The translations under genes and the position numbers were made by a program. Source: Eledone cirrhosa (Eukaryota). From it: a stretch of DNA of 64,000 nucleotides. The stretch covers positions 231,012,001 through 231,076,000 of the forward strand of contig OZ024743.1 of the NCBI GenBank assembly GCA_964016885.1, given 5' to 3'. The notes under the pieces are model-generated. The model saw only the letters and a list, made by a program, of their open reading frames with translations. It searched no databases and was not told the origin of the DNA. Shown in pieces: positions 14,030 through 27,786 of the stretch (position 1 is its first letter; each line of letters opens with the position of its first letter).

Positions 14030-17000
14030 CACCGACAACTACCACCTCTACCACCTCTACCACCGACAACTACCACCGACAACTACCACCGACAACGACA
14101 ACTACCACCTCTACCACCTCTACCACCGACAACAACAACTACCACCTCTACCACCTCTACCACCGACAACGACAACTACCACTTCTACCACCTCTACCAC
14201 CGACAATGACAACTACCACCTCTACCACCGACAACGACAACTACCACCTCTACCACCTCTACCACCGACAACGACAACTACCACCTCAACCACTGACAAC
14301 GACAACTACCACCTCTACCACCGACAACTACAACTACCACCTCTACCGCCTCTACCACCGACAACGACAACTACCACCTCTACCACCTCTACCACCGACA
14401 ACAACAACTACCACCTCTACCACCTCTACCACCGACAACGACAACTACCACCTCTACCACCTCTACCACCGACAACGACAACTACCACCTCTACCACCGA
14501 CAACGACAACTACCACCTCTACCACCTCTACCACCGACAACAACAACTACCACCTCTACCACCGACAACTACCACCTCTACCACCTCTACCACCGACAAC
14601 AACAACTACCACCTCTACCACCGACAACGACAACTACCACCTCTACCACCGACAACGACAACTACCACCTCTACCACCGACAACGACAACTACCACCTCT
14701 ACCACCGACAACTACCACCTCTACCACCTCTACCACCGACAACAACAACTACCACCTCTACCACCGACAACTACCACCGCTACCACCTCTACCACCGCCA
14801 ACAACAACTACCACCTCTACCAGCTCTACCACCGACAACGACAACTACCACCTCTACCGCCTCTACCACCGACAACAACAACTACCACCTCTACCACCGA
14901 CAACTACCACCTCTACCACCTCTACCACCGACAACAACAACTACCACCTCTACCACCGACAACAACAACTACCACCTCTACCACCTCTACCACCGACAAC
15001 AACAACTACCACTTCTACCACCGACAACTACCACCTCTACCACCTCTACCACCGACAACAACAACTACCACCTCTACCACCTCTATCACCGACAACAACA
15101 ACTACCACCTCTACCACCTCTACCACCGACAACTACCACCTCTACCACCTCTACCACCGACAACAACAACTACCATCTCTACCACCGACAACAACAACTA
15201 CCACCTCTACCACCTCTACCACCGACAACAACAACTACCACCTCTACCACCGACAACGACAACTACCACCTCTACCACCTCTACCACCGACAACAACAAC
15301 TACCACCTCTACCACCTCTACCACCGACAACAACAACTACCACCTCTACCACCGACAACTACCACCTCTACCACCCCTACCACCGACAACAACAACTACC
15401 ACCTCTACCACCGACAACAACAACTACCACCTCTACCACCTCTACCACCGACAACAACAACTACCACCTCTACCACCTCTACCACCGACAACAACAACTA
15501 CCACCTCTACCACCTCTACCACCGACAACTACCACCTCTACCACCGACAACTACCACCTCTACCACCTCTACCACCGACAACGACAACTACCACCTCTAC
15601 CACCGACAACAACTACCACCTCTACCACATCTACCACCGACAACAACAACTACCACCTCTACCACCTCTACCACCGACAACAACAACTACCACCTCTACC
15701 ACCGACAACTACCACCTCTACCACCTCTACCACCGACAACAACAACTACCACCTCTACCACCTCTACCACCGACAACGACAACTACCACCTCTACCACCG
15801 ACAACGACAACTACCACCTCTACCACCGACAACGACAACTACCACCTCTACCACCTCTACCAACGACAATAACAACTACCACCTCTACCACCTCTACCAC
15901 CGACAACGACAACTACCACCTCTACCACCGACAACAACAACTACCACCTCTACCACTGACAACGACAACTACCACCTCTACCACCTCTACCACCGACAAC
16001 GACAACTACCACCTCTACCACCTCCTACCACTGACAACAACAACTACCACCTCTACCACCGACAACAACAACTACCACCTCTACCACCGACAACAACAAC
16101 TACCACCTCTACCACCGACAACGACAACTACCACCTCTACCACCTCTACCACCGACAACGACAACTACCACCTCTACCACCGCCAACAACAACTACCACC
16201 TCTACCACCGACAACGACAACTACCACCTCTACCACCTCTACCACCGACAACGACAACTACCACCTCTACCACCGACAACGACAACTACCACCTCTACCA
16301 CTGACAACAACAACTACCACCTCTACCACCGACAACGACAACTACCACCTCTACCACCTCTACCACCGACAACAACAACTACCACGTCTACCACCGACGA
16401 CGACAACTACCACCTCTACCACCTCTACCACCGACAACAACAACTACCACCTCTACCACCTCTACCACCGACAACAACAACTACCACCTCAACCACTGAC
16501 AACAACAACTACCACCTCTACCATCGACAACAACAACTACCACCTCTACCACCGACAACGACAACTACCACCTCTACCACCTCTACCACCGACAACAACA
16601 ACTACCACCTCAACCACTGACAACAACAACTACCACCTCTACCACCGACAACAACAACTACCACCTCTACCACCGACAACTACCACCTCTACCACCTCTA
16701 CCACCGACAACAACAACTACCACCTCTACCACCTCTACCACCGACAACTACCACCTCTACCACCGACAACTACCACCTCTACCACCGACAACTACCACCT
16801 CTACCACCGACAACGACAACTACCACCTCTACCACCGACAACAACAACTACCACCTCTACCACATCTACCACCGACAACAACAACTACCACCTCTACCAC
16901 CTCTACCACCGACAACAACAACTACCACCTCTACCACCGACAGCTACCACCTCTACCACCTCTACCACCTCTACCACCGACAACGACAACTACCACCTCT

Positions 17001-17935
17001 ACCACCTCTACCACCGACAACAACAACTACCACCTCTACCACCGACAACGACAACTACCACCTCTACCACCTCTACCACCGACAACAACAACTACCACCT
17101 CAACCACTGACAACAACAACTACCACCTCTACCACCGACAACAACAACTACCACCTCTACCACCGACAACGACAACTACCACCTCTACCACCTCTACCAC
17201 CGACAACAACAACTACCACCTCTACCACCTCTACCACCGACAACAACAACTACCACCTCTACCACCGACAATAACAACTACCACCTCTACCACCGACAAC
17301 AACAACTACCACCTCTACCACTGACAACAACAACTACCACCTCTACCACCTTCTACCACCGACAACAACAACTACCACATCTACCACCTCCTACCACTGA
17401 CAACAACAACTACCACCTCTACCACCGACAACAACAACTACCACCTCTACCACCGACAACGACAACTACCACCTCTTCCACCTCTACCACCGACAACAAC
17501 AACTACCACCTCTACCACCTCTACCACCGACAACAACAACTACCACCTCTACCACCTCCTACCACTGACAACAACAACTACCACCTCTACCACCGACAAC
17601 AACAACTACCACCTCTACCACCGACAACAACAACTACCACTCTACCACTGACAACAACAACTACCACCTCTACCACCGACAACAACAACTACCACCTCTA
17701 CCACCGACAACAACAACTACCACCTCTACCACCGACAACAACAACTACCACCTCGACCACTGACAACAACAACTACCACCTCTACCACCGACAACAACAA
17801 CTACCACCTCTACCACCTCCTACCACTGACAACAACAACTACCACCTCAACCACCGACAACAACAACTACCACCTCTACCACCGACAACAACAACTACCA
17901 CCTCTACCACCGACAACAACAACTACCATCTCTAC
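14030..17935. repeat. ~3.9-kb modular satellite built from ACCACCTCT, ACCACCGAC and AAC(A/G)ACAACT/AACT blocks
   Basis: The sequence parses almost entirely into these modules. The 870-aa ORF cycles through all three frames of the same repeat. Confidence 0.95.
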
Positions 17936-18467
17936 CATCAACAGAAACAACAACAACAGCAACAACAAATATAACGCCAAGAATATCACCAAGAACCTCA
18001 GAAACATCAACATTAACAAAAACAACACGCGACAACAATCTCCAGCAGCCACACAACAATAACAACAATAAGGAAGAGACCTTGAGACAGTATAGCAGCG
18101 CAAAGCTGTCGATGTAGTGGTTGAGGCAGCAAACAAAAGCAAGATCTAAAAAAAAGGTCTAAAATATAAAATACAAACATAAAGAGCAAAAGAGTAAAAG
18201 AGTAAAAGAAAAGCAAAATACTGCAAATGGGATTAAATAGGATTCTTGCTCAACATATCCTCAGGGATGGGACAAGGTCCTATGTATATAGAAATGGAGT
18301 GAGAGGACAGGAAGATGGTTGTGCTGAAAACTTATGACCATTGTCATCAACGGCGTTAGAAGTATTGGATATATGTGTCTGGGTCTCAGCTTGTCTGCGT
18401 GTAGTTGTAAGTGTAAGTGTCTTTTTTCTGTGTGTGAATGTTTGTGTGCGTTTGTGTCTAGATGTGA

Positions 18468-18522
<55 letters not shown>

Positions 18523-18599
18523 TAGGTGATTTATGTGTAATGTATGTATAGGAGAAGTTGTGTGTATTTCTGTAAGTGTTGTCGTGTGTGAACGTGTGA

Positions 18600-18703
<104 letters not shown>

Positions 18704-18775
18704 ATATATACATGCCTGTGTGCTGTCAGATTATTTAGTTGTTTGTTTCTGTGTCACTCAGTATATGTCGCTCAC

Positions 18776-18809
<34 letters not shown>

Positions 18810-20321
18810 TTCTCTTTCTCTCTTTATCTCTCTAGCTCTCCCACCCTCCCTATCTCTCTTTATGACAGAAAAGCAATAAGAACGGAAGAGCAGCTAGACA
18901 TTGCCACATCTCCTCTTCTCCATCTCCCCCCTCACCCTTCCACCTTCTTCTTCTTCTTCTTCTTCTTCTTCTTCTTCTTCTTCTTCTTCTTCTTCTTCTT
19001 CTTCTTCTTCTTCTTTCTTCTCCAGCTTCTCCTTCTTCGTCTTCTTTATTGGACGCGTCACCTTCTTGTGTCTGATCTTCCTCATAGACATTTAAGAATT
19101 GGAAAAATATCCCCAATTGTAATTATACAGAGATTATACTTATTTATATCACACACATAGTGTCTGACTGAGTATTTTTCTTTATTTTATCACGCCCACT
19201 CTCTCGCCATACACATCTTATTTATATGAGTACAAGTGCATGTTTTTTCATATCATTTTTTATATTCATTCATATTAACATGTATTTTTCTACACCCTTT
19301 GCTTTTTATAGATTATTGTATGTTTTTTTTTTGAGATCTTTTATTTTATCTTTTTTGTGTGTTTTTGTTTTTCTACTGCCGTTTCCTCCGGAGTTTTCTT
19401 TTATCTTCATGACTGTTGTGATTATCGAAAAGGAGAAAGAGAAAGAAAGAAATAAAGAAATGCACAGCAAATACATACTCACATGGACATACATAACTAC
19501 ATACATAATTCATACATACATACATATATACGTGCGTACATACGTACATACATATAATAACGGATACAGCGGCAAGAGAAAAAGAACCTTTATGATCATA
19601 TAATATTGTATAATAACAATTACCTAAATCGAAACGGATTTATTTAATGTATGTAAGAGAAATTACTCATTGCCTAAGGAAGAATGCTTAAACTAATGGA
19701 GGCTTCCATATAAATACGATGAAATATACCGAAATTCAATGCAAACTCAATGATTTTAAAGTTAATATTCATCGTTGATTTTACAATAGTCCCAGGAGCA
19801 ACAATGAGTGGAGACTCCAATCTGAAGCCATGTCTCCTGATAATGGCGGGTTGGGGTTTGTAATGTGTACACAACTACACATTACAATTCTCCGATTTTA
19901 TCTGCTAATTTCTCCCAACTCTGAAGAATATTTTGCAGTTCCTTAAAGTGAAAGTTATTAGTTTTCATAATCGTACAGCCTCACGACGCACCGACAATGA
20001 TATTATTTCTTGTTCTACCTCTTATTATGTTTGCCAATGTAATGCTTCATATATCAGTTATAACTATTGTCATATTTAGGGAGGGTTATGTTGTTATAAT
20101 ATTACCAAAAACCTTGCAAAACAAATTCATCGCCGTCACAGCACAAGCTTAGTTATAACTATTTCGATACTATATTTCTAATAAGATACACTTTCAGAGA
20201 TTTTCAAATAGTTTTGAATATAGAAAAAAATAAATTGTAAAGAATCATATAACATTCTCATTGTTATGTTGGTGTCTGAAGCATAGTCTATCAAAGATTA
20301 TTACATAATATTATTATGGAA

Positions 20322-20420
20322 TAGGTTAACTTTGCTTTTCATCCTTACGGTGTCGATAAAATAAAGTACCAGTAATGCACTGGATAATTGCTGGCCTTGT
20401 GCCAAAAAGTAGAAACAATT
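20322..20420 (+). mobile_element. tRNA-SINE 3' half
   Basis: ggttaactttgcttttcatccttacggtgtcgataaaataaagtaccagtaatgcactgg...gctggccttgtgcc. Confidence 0.8.
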
Positions 20421-21158
20421 ATTATGGAATAGGTTTAGATATACAAATTACCATTTGCTTGAATCATTACCATTCCAACAGAATAAATGCTCCGTTGATA
20501 TCGAAATCATTCAGACACTATGGTCATTGTACTTTTACAACTAAGGTGGGAACATAAACCAGCATAACGAAACTTTTTAAGTGGACAGTATAATTGGTAG
20601 AACAAAAAGAGAAAATCAATGCCTGTTGTTATCGCCATGGATATAAAGTTGTCATAATTTAAAACTATTTCTCTATTGTTAACGATCTTAGTTTGTTTCT
20701 ACAAGAATAAACTCGACATTGGTATTTCAAAAATTTATTCAACAACCTGAGAAAACAATAACGCTTCAATTTATCAATAAACTATTGAGAATCTGCCATA
20801 GATGATGAAATGAACAGTGGTGAAGGAGCAGTTAGCGAAGTTCGTTTAGTTGCTAGTGTTTCTGAATATATACATGAAGAAAATGTTGAATCACTATTAT
20901 ATACTGAAGGCTGGCTGATCTTGATAGAAATTTATCGCTATGTGAAGACGAGAGGGTAAATACTCGGCTCAAGATAAAACGCAGCTAAATTACTTTAAAA
21001 GAATGTGGAAGTGAATCTATATAGAAGTGAACTGTTAAATTGACTACATTATTTCGGTGATGAATCATGTTCCTCTGGCGTTTCACCTGTGAGTATATAG
21101 GTGAAACTCCTGAGTAACCTCTTAGCCGTAACAAAGAACAATATATATGATATGCATT

Positions 21159-21289
<131 letters not shown>

Positions 21290-22004
21290 AGTGCATATAT
21301 ATATATATATAATTTGAACGTGTGTGTGCTGAATATATATTATTTGTTGTAGGAAATGCTGCAACTTCGGGAAATATTTCAATATGAAATTAACGGCTGA
21401 TATTTATTTCGGCTGAAAAGAATGAGACAGACCACTTACACTGTGTGAGTTAGGTCCTTCGGCAGAATCGGGGACACGTAGAAGACGCCGAAAGGCGACA
21501 GCACCATTAAGTGATGTCATTCCTTACATTCTGTACATACATACAAACATACATACATACATACACACAAACACACGCACACACACACACATATATATAT
21601 ATAAATATATATATATATATCCATCCATTCCTCCATACATACATACACATATAAATACATATATGCATACCATACATACATGCATACAAGCATAAATGCC
21701 CACATTCATGTATATATGTATATATGTATATATGTATATATATATACATACATATGCATGTGTGTGAAATATGATTCTGTCAAGCAGTGTGTGTGTGAGT
21801 GTGTCTGCGTTGTGTTTCTCTGTATGTGCACACATCTATATACGTGACTATCATCCGATTGCGTGTTACCAATGGTTGAAAGTTTTCGTGAGACCAGAAC
21901 TCAGCTCGAAGGACATTCCACGGAATGATTAGCAAAACAACAGCCGCAGAGATGTTTGTCTTAGCTATTTGTGAATTTATTATTCTTAGCGTGTATTGAC
22001 AATG

Positions 22005-22080
<76 letters not shown>

Positions 22081-22331
22081 TAATAATAATATTAATAATA
22101 ATAAATATAATAATAAAAATAATAATAATAATAATAACAACAGCAACAACAATGATAAGAATAAGAATAATTCTATCATTATTAATAATACTAATAATAA
22201 TAACGACAACATCCTGTAGAGCAATGTCAACATCATCAACAACAGGAATAACAACGTCAAACTTATCAAAAACAACTATAACAACGTTAAATGCATAGGC
22301 GGCAACATCGATAAGAACTAACAGAAAAACT

Positions 22332-22387
<56 letters not shown>

Positions 22388-24019
22388 AAAAAGATGATTG
22401 AAATGGGGAGGAGGACGAGAATGGTTAGCCGAATATGTTAAAGAAGGAGGATATTAAATATTTTTATAGTTAACAGGAAGGGTTTGACACAATTACACAA
22501 TTGCTAGAGCGCTGGAACTTTCAGTATTTCTTTAGAACCCTTTTTTATTCTAATTTCAAATCATTCCATTATTGACTTTTAAAAGACCAAATAAAAAAAA
22601 AATGGATGGAACTTTTGAATATGTAAAAAAACAATAATTTCTAAAACAGCAAACGTACTCTGTCACCTAAACAACCAACTAGGATTATCTCAATCCCATT
22701 CCTGCACTAGGGCTTGATGAACGCAACCACAAGGATATGATCCGAACGTGGAAGAGCCGAACACACAATGTCATCGCCTCCATCTCACTTGCCCTCCCCA
22801 TCGCTCCGTCTGGTGAACAAACGGAGTCCCACGTATTGGCCTCCCCACAGCCCAAGCAGACAGAATGGAGAAGGCGTTTACCCGGATTGTCTTATTATCC
22901 TTCAGTATTAACTAAAACAAAGTACCAGCAGAGTATTGAAGGTCGATTGCATATTTGAACTAATCATTTAGGATTTAAATTAATTTAATACATAATAGAT
23001 TTTGTTTTGTAATTATCTGGTTAGTAATTTTATCTGAGACAATGTCTTCAAATCAAATTAATTACTGCATGGCACAGTCTTTTTAACCATTCGAAAGCAA
23101 ACATAATCTATTAAATTCACTTTAAATGTAACATGAATTTCTTGGTGTTATAATTTTTAACGCACCTTATGCGACCCTATCACTCACACATTTCAAATAC
23201 GATTTTGTCAGTGTCAGTGACCGTTGGATTGAAAACATTGAAACCAACAAATATATTTTAAATGGCAAGATAATTTAATAGAATCTGTGTGATTTTAGAA
23301 TAAGGGAAAGAGTTAATAAAGCATTTTTCACTTGTAATATCAGGATATAGCGTTGCTACTATGGTGTGGTTGCATAGACGATTATCTTATGTGAATTATT
23401 TCTATTTTATATAAAACGAAGTCATAGAGCTTCAACTAACGTAGAGTGTTAAGAAATTAATAATCCCTCATTTCTCTATATGTTTGACAGAGGCTTTAAA
23501 AGGTTGAATAGCAGTTAAAACTGTACTCGTTAAAGTCACATTGCAATAGATATTTTTCTGTTTCTCTGCGTTCCCAGCTCAAATTTGCCTTTCGTAGATT
23601 CAAGCTCGATAAATAAAGTTCCAGTCCGGTCTGGGTCTATTGTTCCTATATATCGTTTTCTCACTTCTTTTATTTGCTCTCTCTCTCTCTCTCTCCCCCC
23701 CCTCTCTCTCTCTCTCTCCCTCTCTCTCTCTCGCTCTCTCTCTCTCTCTTCACTGGGGTGATATGCTCTCACGTTTAAATGCTTATGATACGCTTAATAT
23801 CACACCGACGCCCATACGACTCCATCAAGATATAAGGATATGTACGACAAGGGATTATATTTGATAGGACAATATGAAGATTAACTTAGGGATCTAACAA
23901 CAAATATCATACGAATATTTACATAAAATTCTTGTATATCAATATCAATATGATTCCAGCAGCATTCCAATTAGTTTAACAAGTTAAAGTTCATGAACAA
24001 TTTTGTAATAAACAAATAA

Positions 24020-24415
24020 CGGTTTCTAATTTAGGCACAGGACCAGCAATCCTTTGTAGGGAGAGTCAATTAAATCGAACGAAGTGTGTGACTGATACTT
24101 TATTTTATCGACCCAGTATTGACGAAATGCAAAGCTAAACTCGGCGGGATTTGAACTCTGACTGTAAAGGGTTGTAACTTTATGCCATGAAGCAGGGGGT
24201 TCGAAACTCTACCGATACTGCTAATAAGCAAATAACTGTTCCTATTTTTTAAACAAGGCCAGCAAATATCCCAGTGCATTACTGGTACTTTATTTTATGG
24301 ATCCTGTAAAGATGAAAGGCAAAGTTAACCTCGGCGGGATTTGAACTCAGCCCGTAAAGGGACGTAACTCTACGCTGCAATGCATGGCGTCCGACTCTCT
24401 ACTGATACAGCCAAT
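24020..24415 (-). mobile_element. Two tandem tRNA-SINE copies (24020-24225, 24235-24415)
   Basis: Each contains ctcggcgggatttgaactc (reverse B-box) and tactttattttat.ga. Confidence 0.85.
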
Positions 24416-24555
24416 AATGTCTGACAGTATCTTTAGCCAAATGAACTCTCAAATTATCAGTCTATATCATATAAATACATAAATACATATTTCATCTCGT
24501 TTAATTACCCCCCCCCCACAAACACAGAGACACACACACAGATAGCCACACAAAT

Positions 24556-24609
<54 letters not shown>

Positions 24610-24763
24610 GTATAAGAAAGGCTGAAGGCTGACCAATTGCAGTTCCATTAGCTAGTTCCAGACTCCAGTCACACTCTGCTATCACAAGTATCTAGTAATC
24701 TGTTGAATAATGGACTAACATACATACATCCCCCCACTCACATATATATATATATATATATTG

Positions 24764-24833
<70 letters not shown>

Positions 24834-24842
24834 TTATTTATA

Positions 24843-24886
<44 letters not shown>

Positions 24887-25119
24887 CTTTTATTTATATA
24901 ATATATATATAATATTCATATGCTTCAGTCATATCACTGTGGGCATAGGATTTAGTTAATCATTTCGACCACATTTCGTATTTTTCATACTCTTATTTAT
25001 ATTGTTTCGATATGAGAAACCGCTAAGTTACACGAGATAAACCCAGAAACAGGTACAAAGATAATCACTGAAAGCCAAACCACACACACACATACACAAA
25101 TGTATATATATATACATAT

Positions 25120-25162
<43 letters not shown>

Positions 25163-25446
25163 TATATATATAAAGAAGGTTAAATATGTCGATAATACAA
25201 AGGCAAAGGACATCTTAATGCTCAATGTGATTTTATAGTCAGTAGCAAGTCGGTTAAAAAACAGTTGAGAGGTGAAACCAATCGGTACATTCGTGGGTAT
25301 CAAATGAACATAGTATTAATCGATGTTGATGGTCTTATTCTAACAGGGATAGAATAATCTTATTAGTTTAATGAAACGAAGGTAAATCAATTAAATGATT
25401 TAATAAAAATCTTTATTAATTCTATACACACACGCACATATGTATT

Positions 25447-25478
<32 letters not shown>

Positions 25479-25479
<1 letters not shown>

Positions 25480-26070
25480 GGTGGCTGCCAACTCGTTTTC
25501 GAGTACGGCCACTAATTTATATCCATGTAGGAGAACCCCTACCGATGCGCTGAACGAATGTGACATTTTAGTCCAGCCAGCGACTTGAAAACTCTGGCAC
25601 AAACACTACACTTGTGACAATTATTGACACATAGTGTACATGGTACCAAGTGACGACAAGTGCAGAGAGATCTCCAGATACAAAGCAATGCCTGTGCCAT
25701 GAAGCTTTTATAGTGAGCAAAGGCACTGCACAAAGCCAGTCCCACTCTCTTAACCAAGATGATATTTACCAAAAAGAAGAACAAGTCAACATCATTGGAC
25801 ACCATCAGGGTTGCAGGTGTTATATCAGAGTTTTCCTTCTCCTAGAATTCTGCCTTGACAAAGGCTAAGGCGTCATCTCTCCCGTTGATTTTGGATGGCC
25901 ATTGACTCTTAAGAGCTCCTCTGCCCTTTGACAGGTTTTGTTTTTAGTCCTGTAGGATGTCCAAAGTCACCCTCCTCACCAAGAAACCTTAGTGGGGTTG
26001 CCAGTTTAGTCGCCAATGACCCGACCATGAGACAGGTTGTACTGGGATACATGTTACCAGTAGCACCAAC
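25479..26070 (-). mobile_element. Bipartite non-autonomous RTE-derived element (~590 bp), copy A
   Basis: Near-identical to 46387-46996 and 47915-48510. Carries the RTE-type 5'UTR motif tctaggagaaggaaaactctga and the C-terminal C2H2 remnant CSVCARVFKSLAGLKCHIRSAHR*. Confidence 0.85.
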
Positions 26071-26125
26071 ATATATGTACATATATACACATGCATATAT
26101 ATATATATATATATGTATGTATATA

Positions 26126-26179
<54 letters not shown>

Positions 26180-26448
26180 GATATAGATAGGTAAATATAC
26201 ACGGGTGTGTATGATTGTGTATAGAAGATTATATTAATAAGAGGAATTCCAACTTTGTCTGATTTACTCGTTTTATTTACAATCCTTTAAAATATATATA
26301 ATGTTTTAAAGGATTGTAAATAAAACGAGTAAATCAGACAAAGTTGGAATTCCTCTTATTAATATAATCTTCTATACACAATCATACACACCCGTGTATA
26401 TTTACCTATCTATATCTATATATATATTCCTATTGTGTATATGCCAAC

Positions 26449-27786
26449 ATGTCTGGAAAGCAACAAATGAAACCAACAGAATCAGAAAGAATTCTAAAGG
26501 AGATATCATCGAAATTATCAACACTTATCACGATGATGGACACACAATCCTCTATTTTAAAGGAAATAGAAAAACAATCTACAGACGGAAAACTTATAAC
26601 TGAACATATAAACTCTGAAATTAAGAATTTAGCTGAAATTATACCAACAGTTATCAAAGATACAAGAGAAAGCCTACCACAACCCCCTTGGATGTCAGAA
26701 ATAAACGAAAGAAATTTGGAAAACAAAACACATCGAATAAGAAAAGAAATGTGGAAGACATGGAAAAAATTCCTTAACATAAGAAAACAAAATTTCTGGA
26801 AAGCATACAGATGCGAAAAATATGTCGAAACACATTCGAAATGGCTCTCTCTAACGGCACCCATACTCCCTCGTAAATACCTAATTACAGAAATTGCAGG
26901 AGAACCAGAAGAAGAAACAAAACTCCGATGGGAACTTACATTGACAAAATTCAGGACCGACATCTCCATTTCTGAATGTAAACAATCCCGCTACAAAGCC
27001 AAATATGAAGCTATTGATGACCAAATTGAAGTTGAAATTTCAAAGCTAACGACTGGTATTATAGCTGAAAAACTACGAGAACTATGGATCGGAGATATCT
27101 CAAAAGAAGAAAACAAATCAAGAAAGGTATGGCAGCAGAAACAATTATTTCTCGATGAATATGCTGCAAATTACGGTAAAGACTCTGGAACCCTGAGAAA
27201 AAGCATTAAAAGTGGACAATCTCATCAACACAACATACGCCAGAACACGTGCCAACACAAACACTCACCTTACCTTGAATCAAAGAAGAACTACGGTAAT
27301 AACTCTTCGCTTTTTCTACAAAAACACCCTATCGCACACAACATGAACAAAAAGCACAAACACGATAGGTATTCCTTTGACCAGACCATGAGAAGTAGTA
27401 AAACCAGGAGATCATTCTCAAGATCTCAACAGAGACTACCAACAAGGAATGTGGAAACAAAACGTAGAATAACCAGATCACTCTCAAGATCTCAACAGAG
27501 ATTGCCCACAAGAAACTGGACGAAAAAACGATCTAAACCTGAAAGCAAACCTAGGTCATTTTCCCAGATTGTTAAAAATAATGCTAACAGGAAGAAAAAT
27601 AATATACAGAATACCAAAAATAGGACAAAATACATAACGAAACCAAATATAATATCACGACCAAAAGTTCATCAAGCGAACACCAACAGGAATATAAATC
27701 CTGAACAGAGAAAAATTCATTTTTTAACGTCAGGACAACAAAAACCGGAAAAAGAAAAACTCCAGGAGGAAACATACCCAAAATAG
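26449..27786 (+). CDS. PLE ORF1, 445 aa: helical/coiled-coil N-terminal half, basic R/K/S/N-rich tail
   Basis: Uninterrupted non-repetitive ORF, ATG in ccaacATG context. Heptad-like ILKEISSKLSTLITMM. Internal repeat SRSQQRLPTRN x2. Confidence 0.8.
   Translation: MSGKQQMKPTESERILKEISSKLSTLITMMDTQSSILKEIEKQSTDGKLITEHINSEIKNLAEIIPTVIKDTRESLPQPPWMSEINERNLENKTHRIRKEMWKTWKKFLNIRKQNFWKAYRCEKYVETHSKWLSLTAPILPRKYLITEIAGEPEEETKLRWELTLTKFRTDISISECKQSRYKAKYEAIDDQIEVEISKLTTGIIAEKLRELWIGDISKEENKSRKVWQQKQLFLDEYAANYGKDSGTLRKSIKSGQSHQHNIRQNTCQHKHSPYLESKKNYGNNSSLFLQKHPIAHNMNKKHKHDRYSFDQTMRSSKTRRSFSRSQQRLPTRNVETKRRITRSLSRSQQRLPTRNWTKKRSKPESKPRSFSQIVKNNANRKKNNIQNTKNRTKYITKPNIISRPKVHQANTNRNINPEQRKIHFLTSGQQKPEKEKLQEETYPK

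Noticed and set aside
14008-16620. 870-aa ORF as a mucin-like protein
   Set aside because: The translation cycles through all three frames of a stop-free repeat, with no signal peptide or unique domain. It is a satellite artefact.
19917-19963. aact CTGAAGA...GAAA gtta TT agtt hammerhead candidate
   Set aside because: Stem II is weak and AU-only, stem III is not palindromic, and there is no pLTR context. Compatible with chance.
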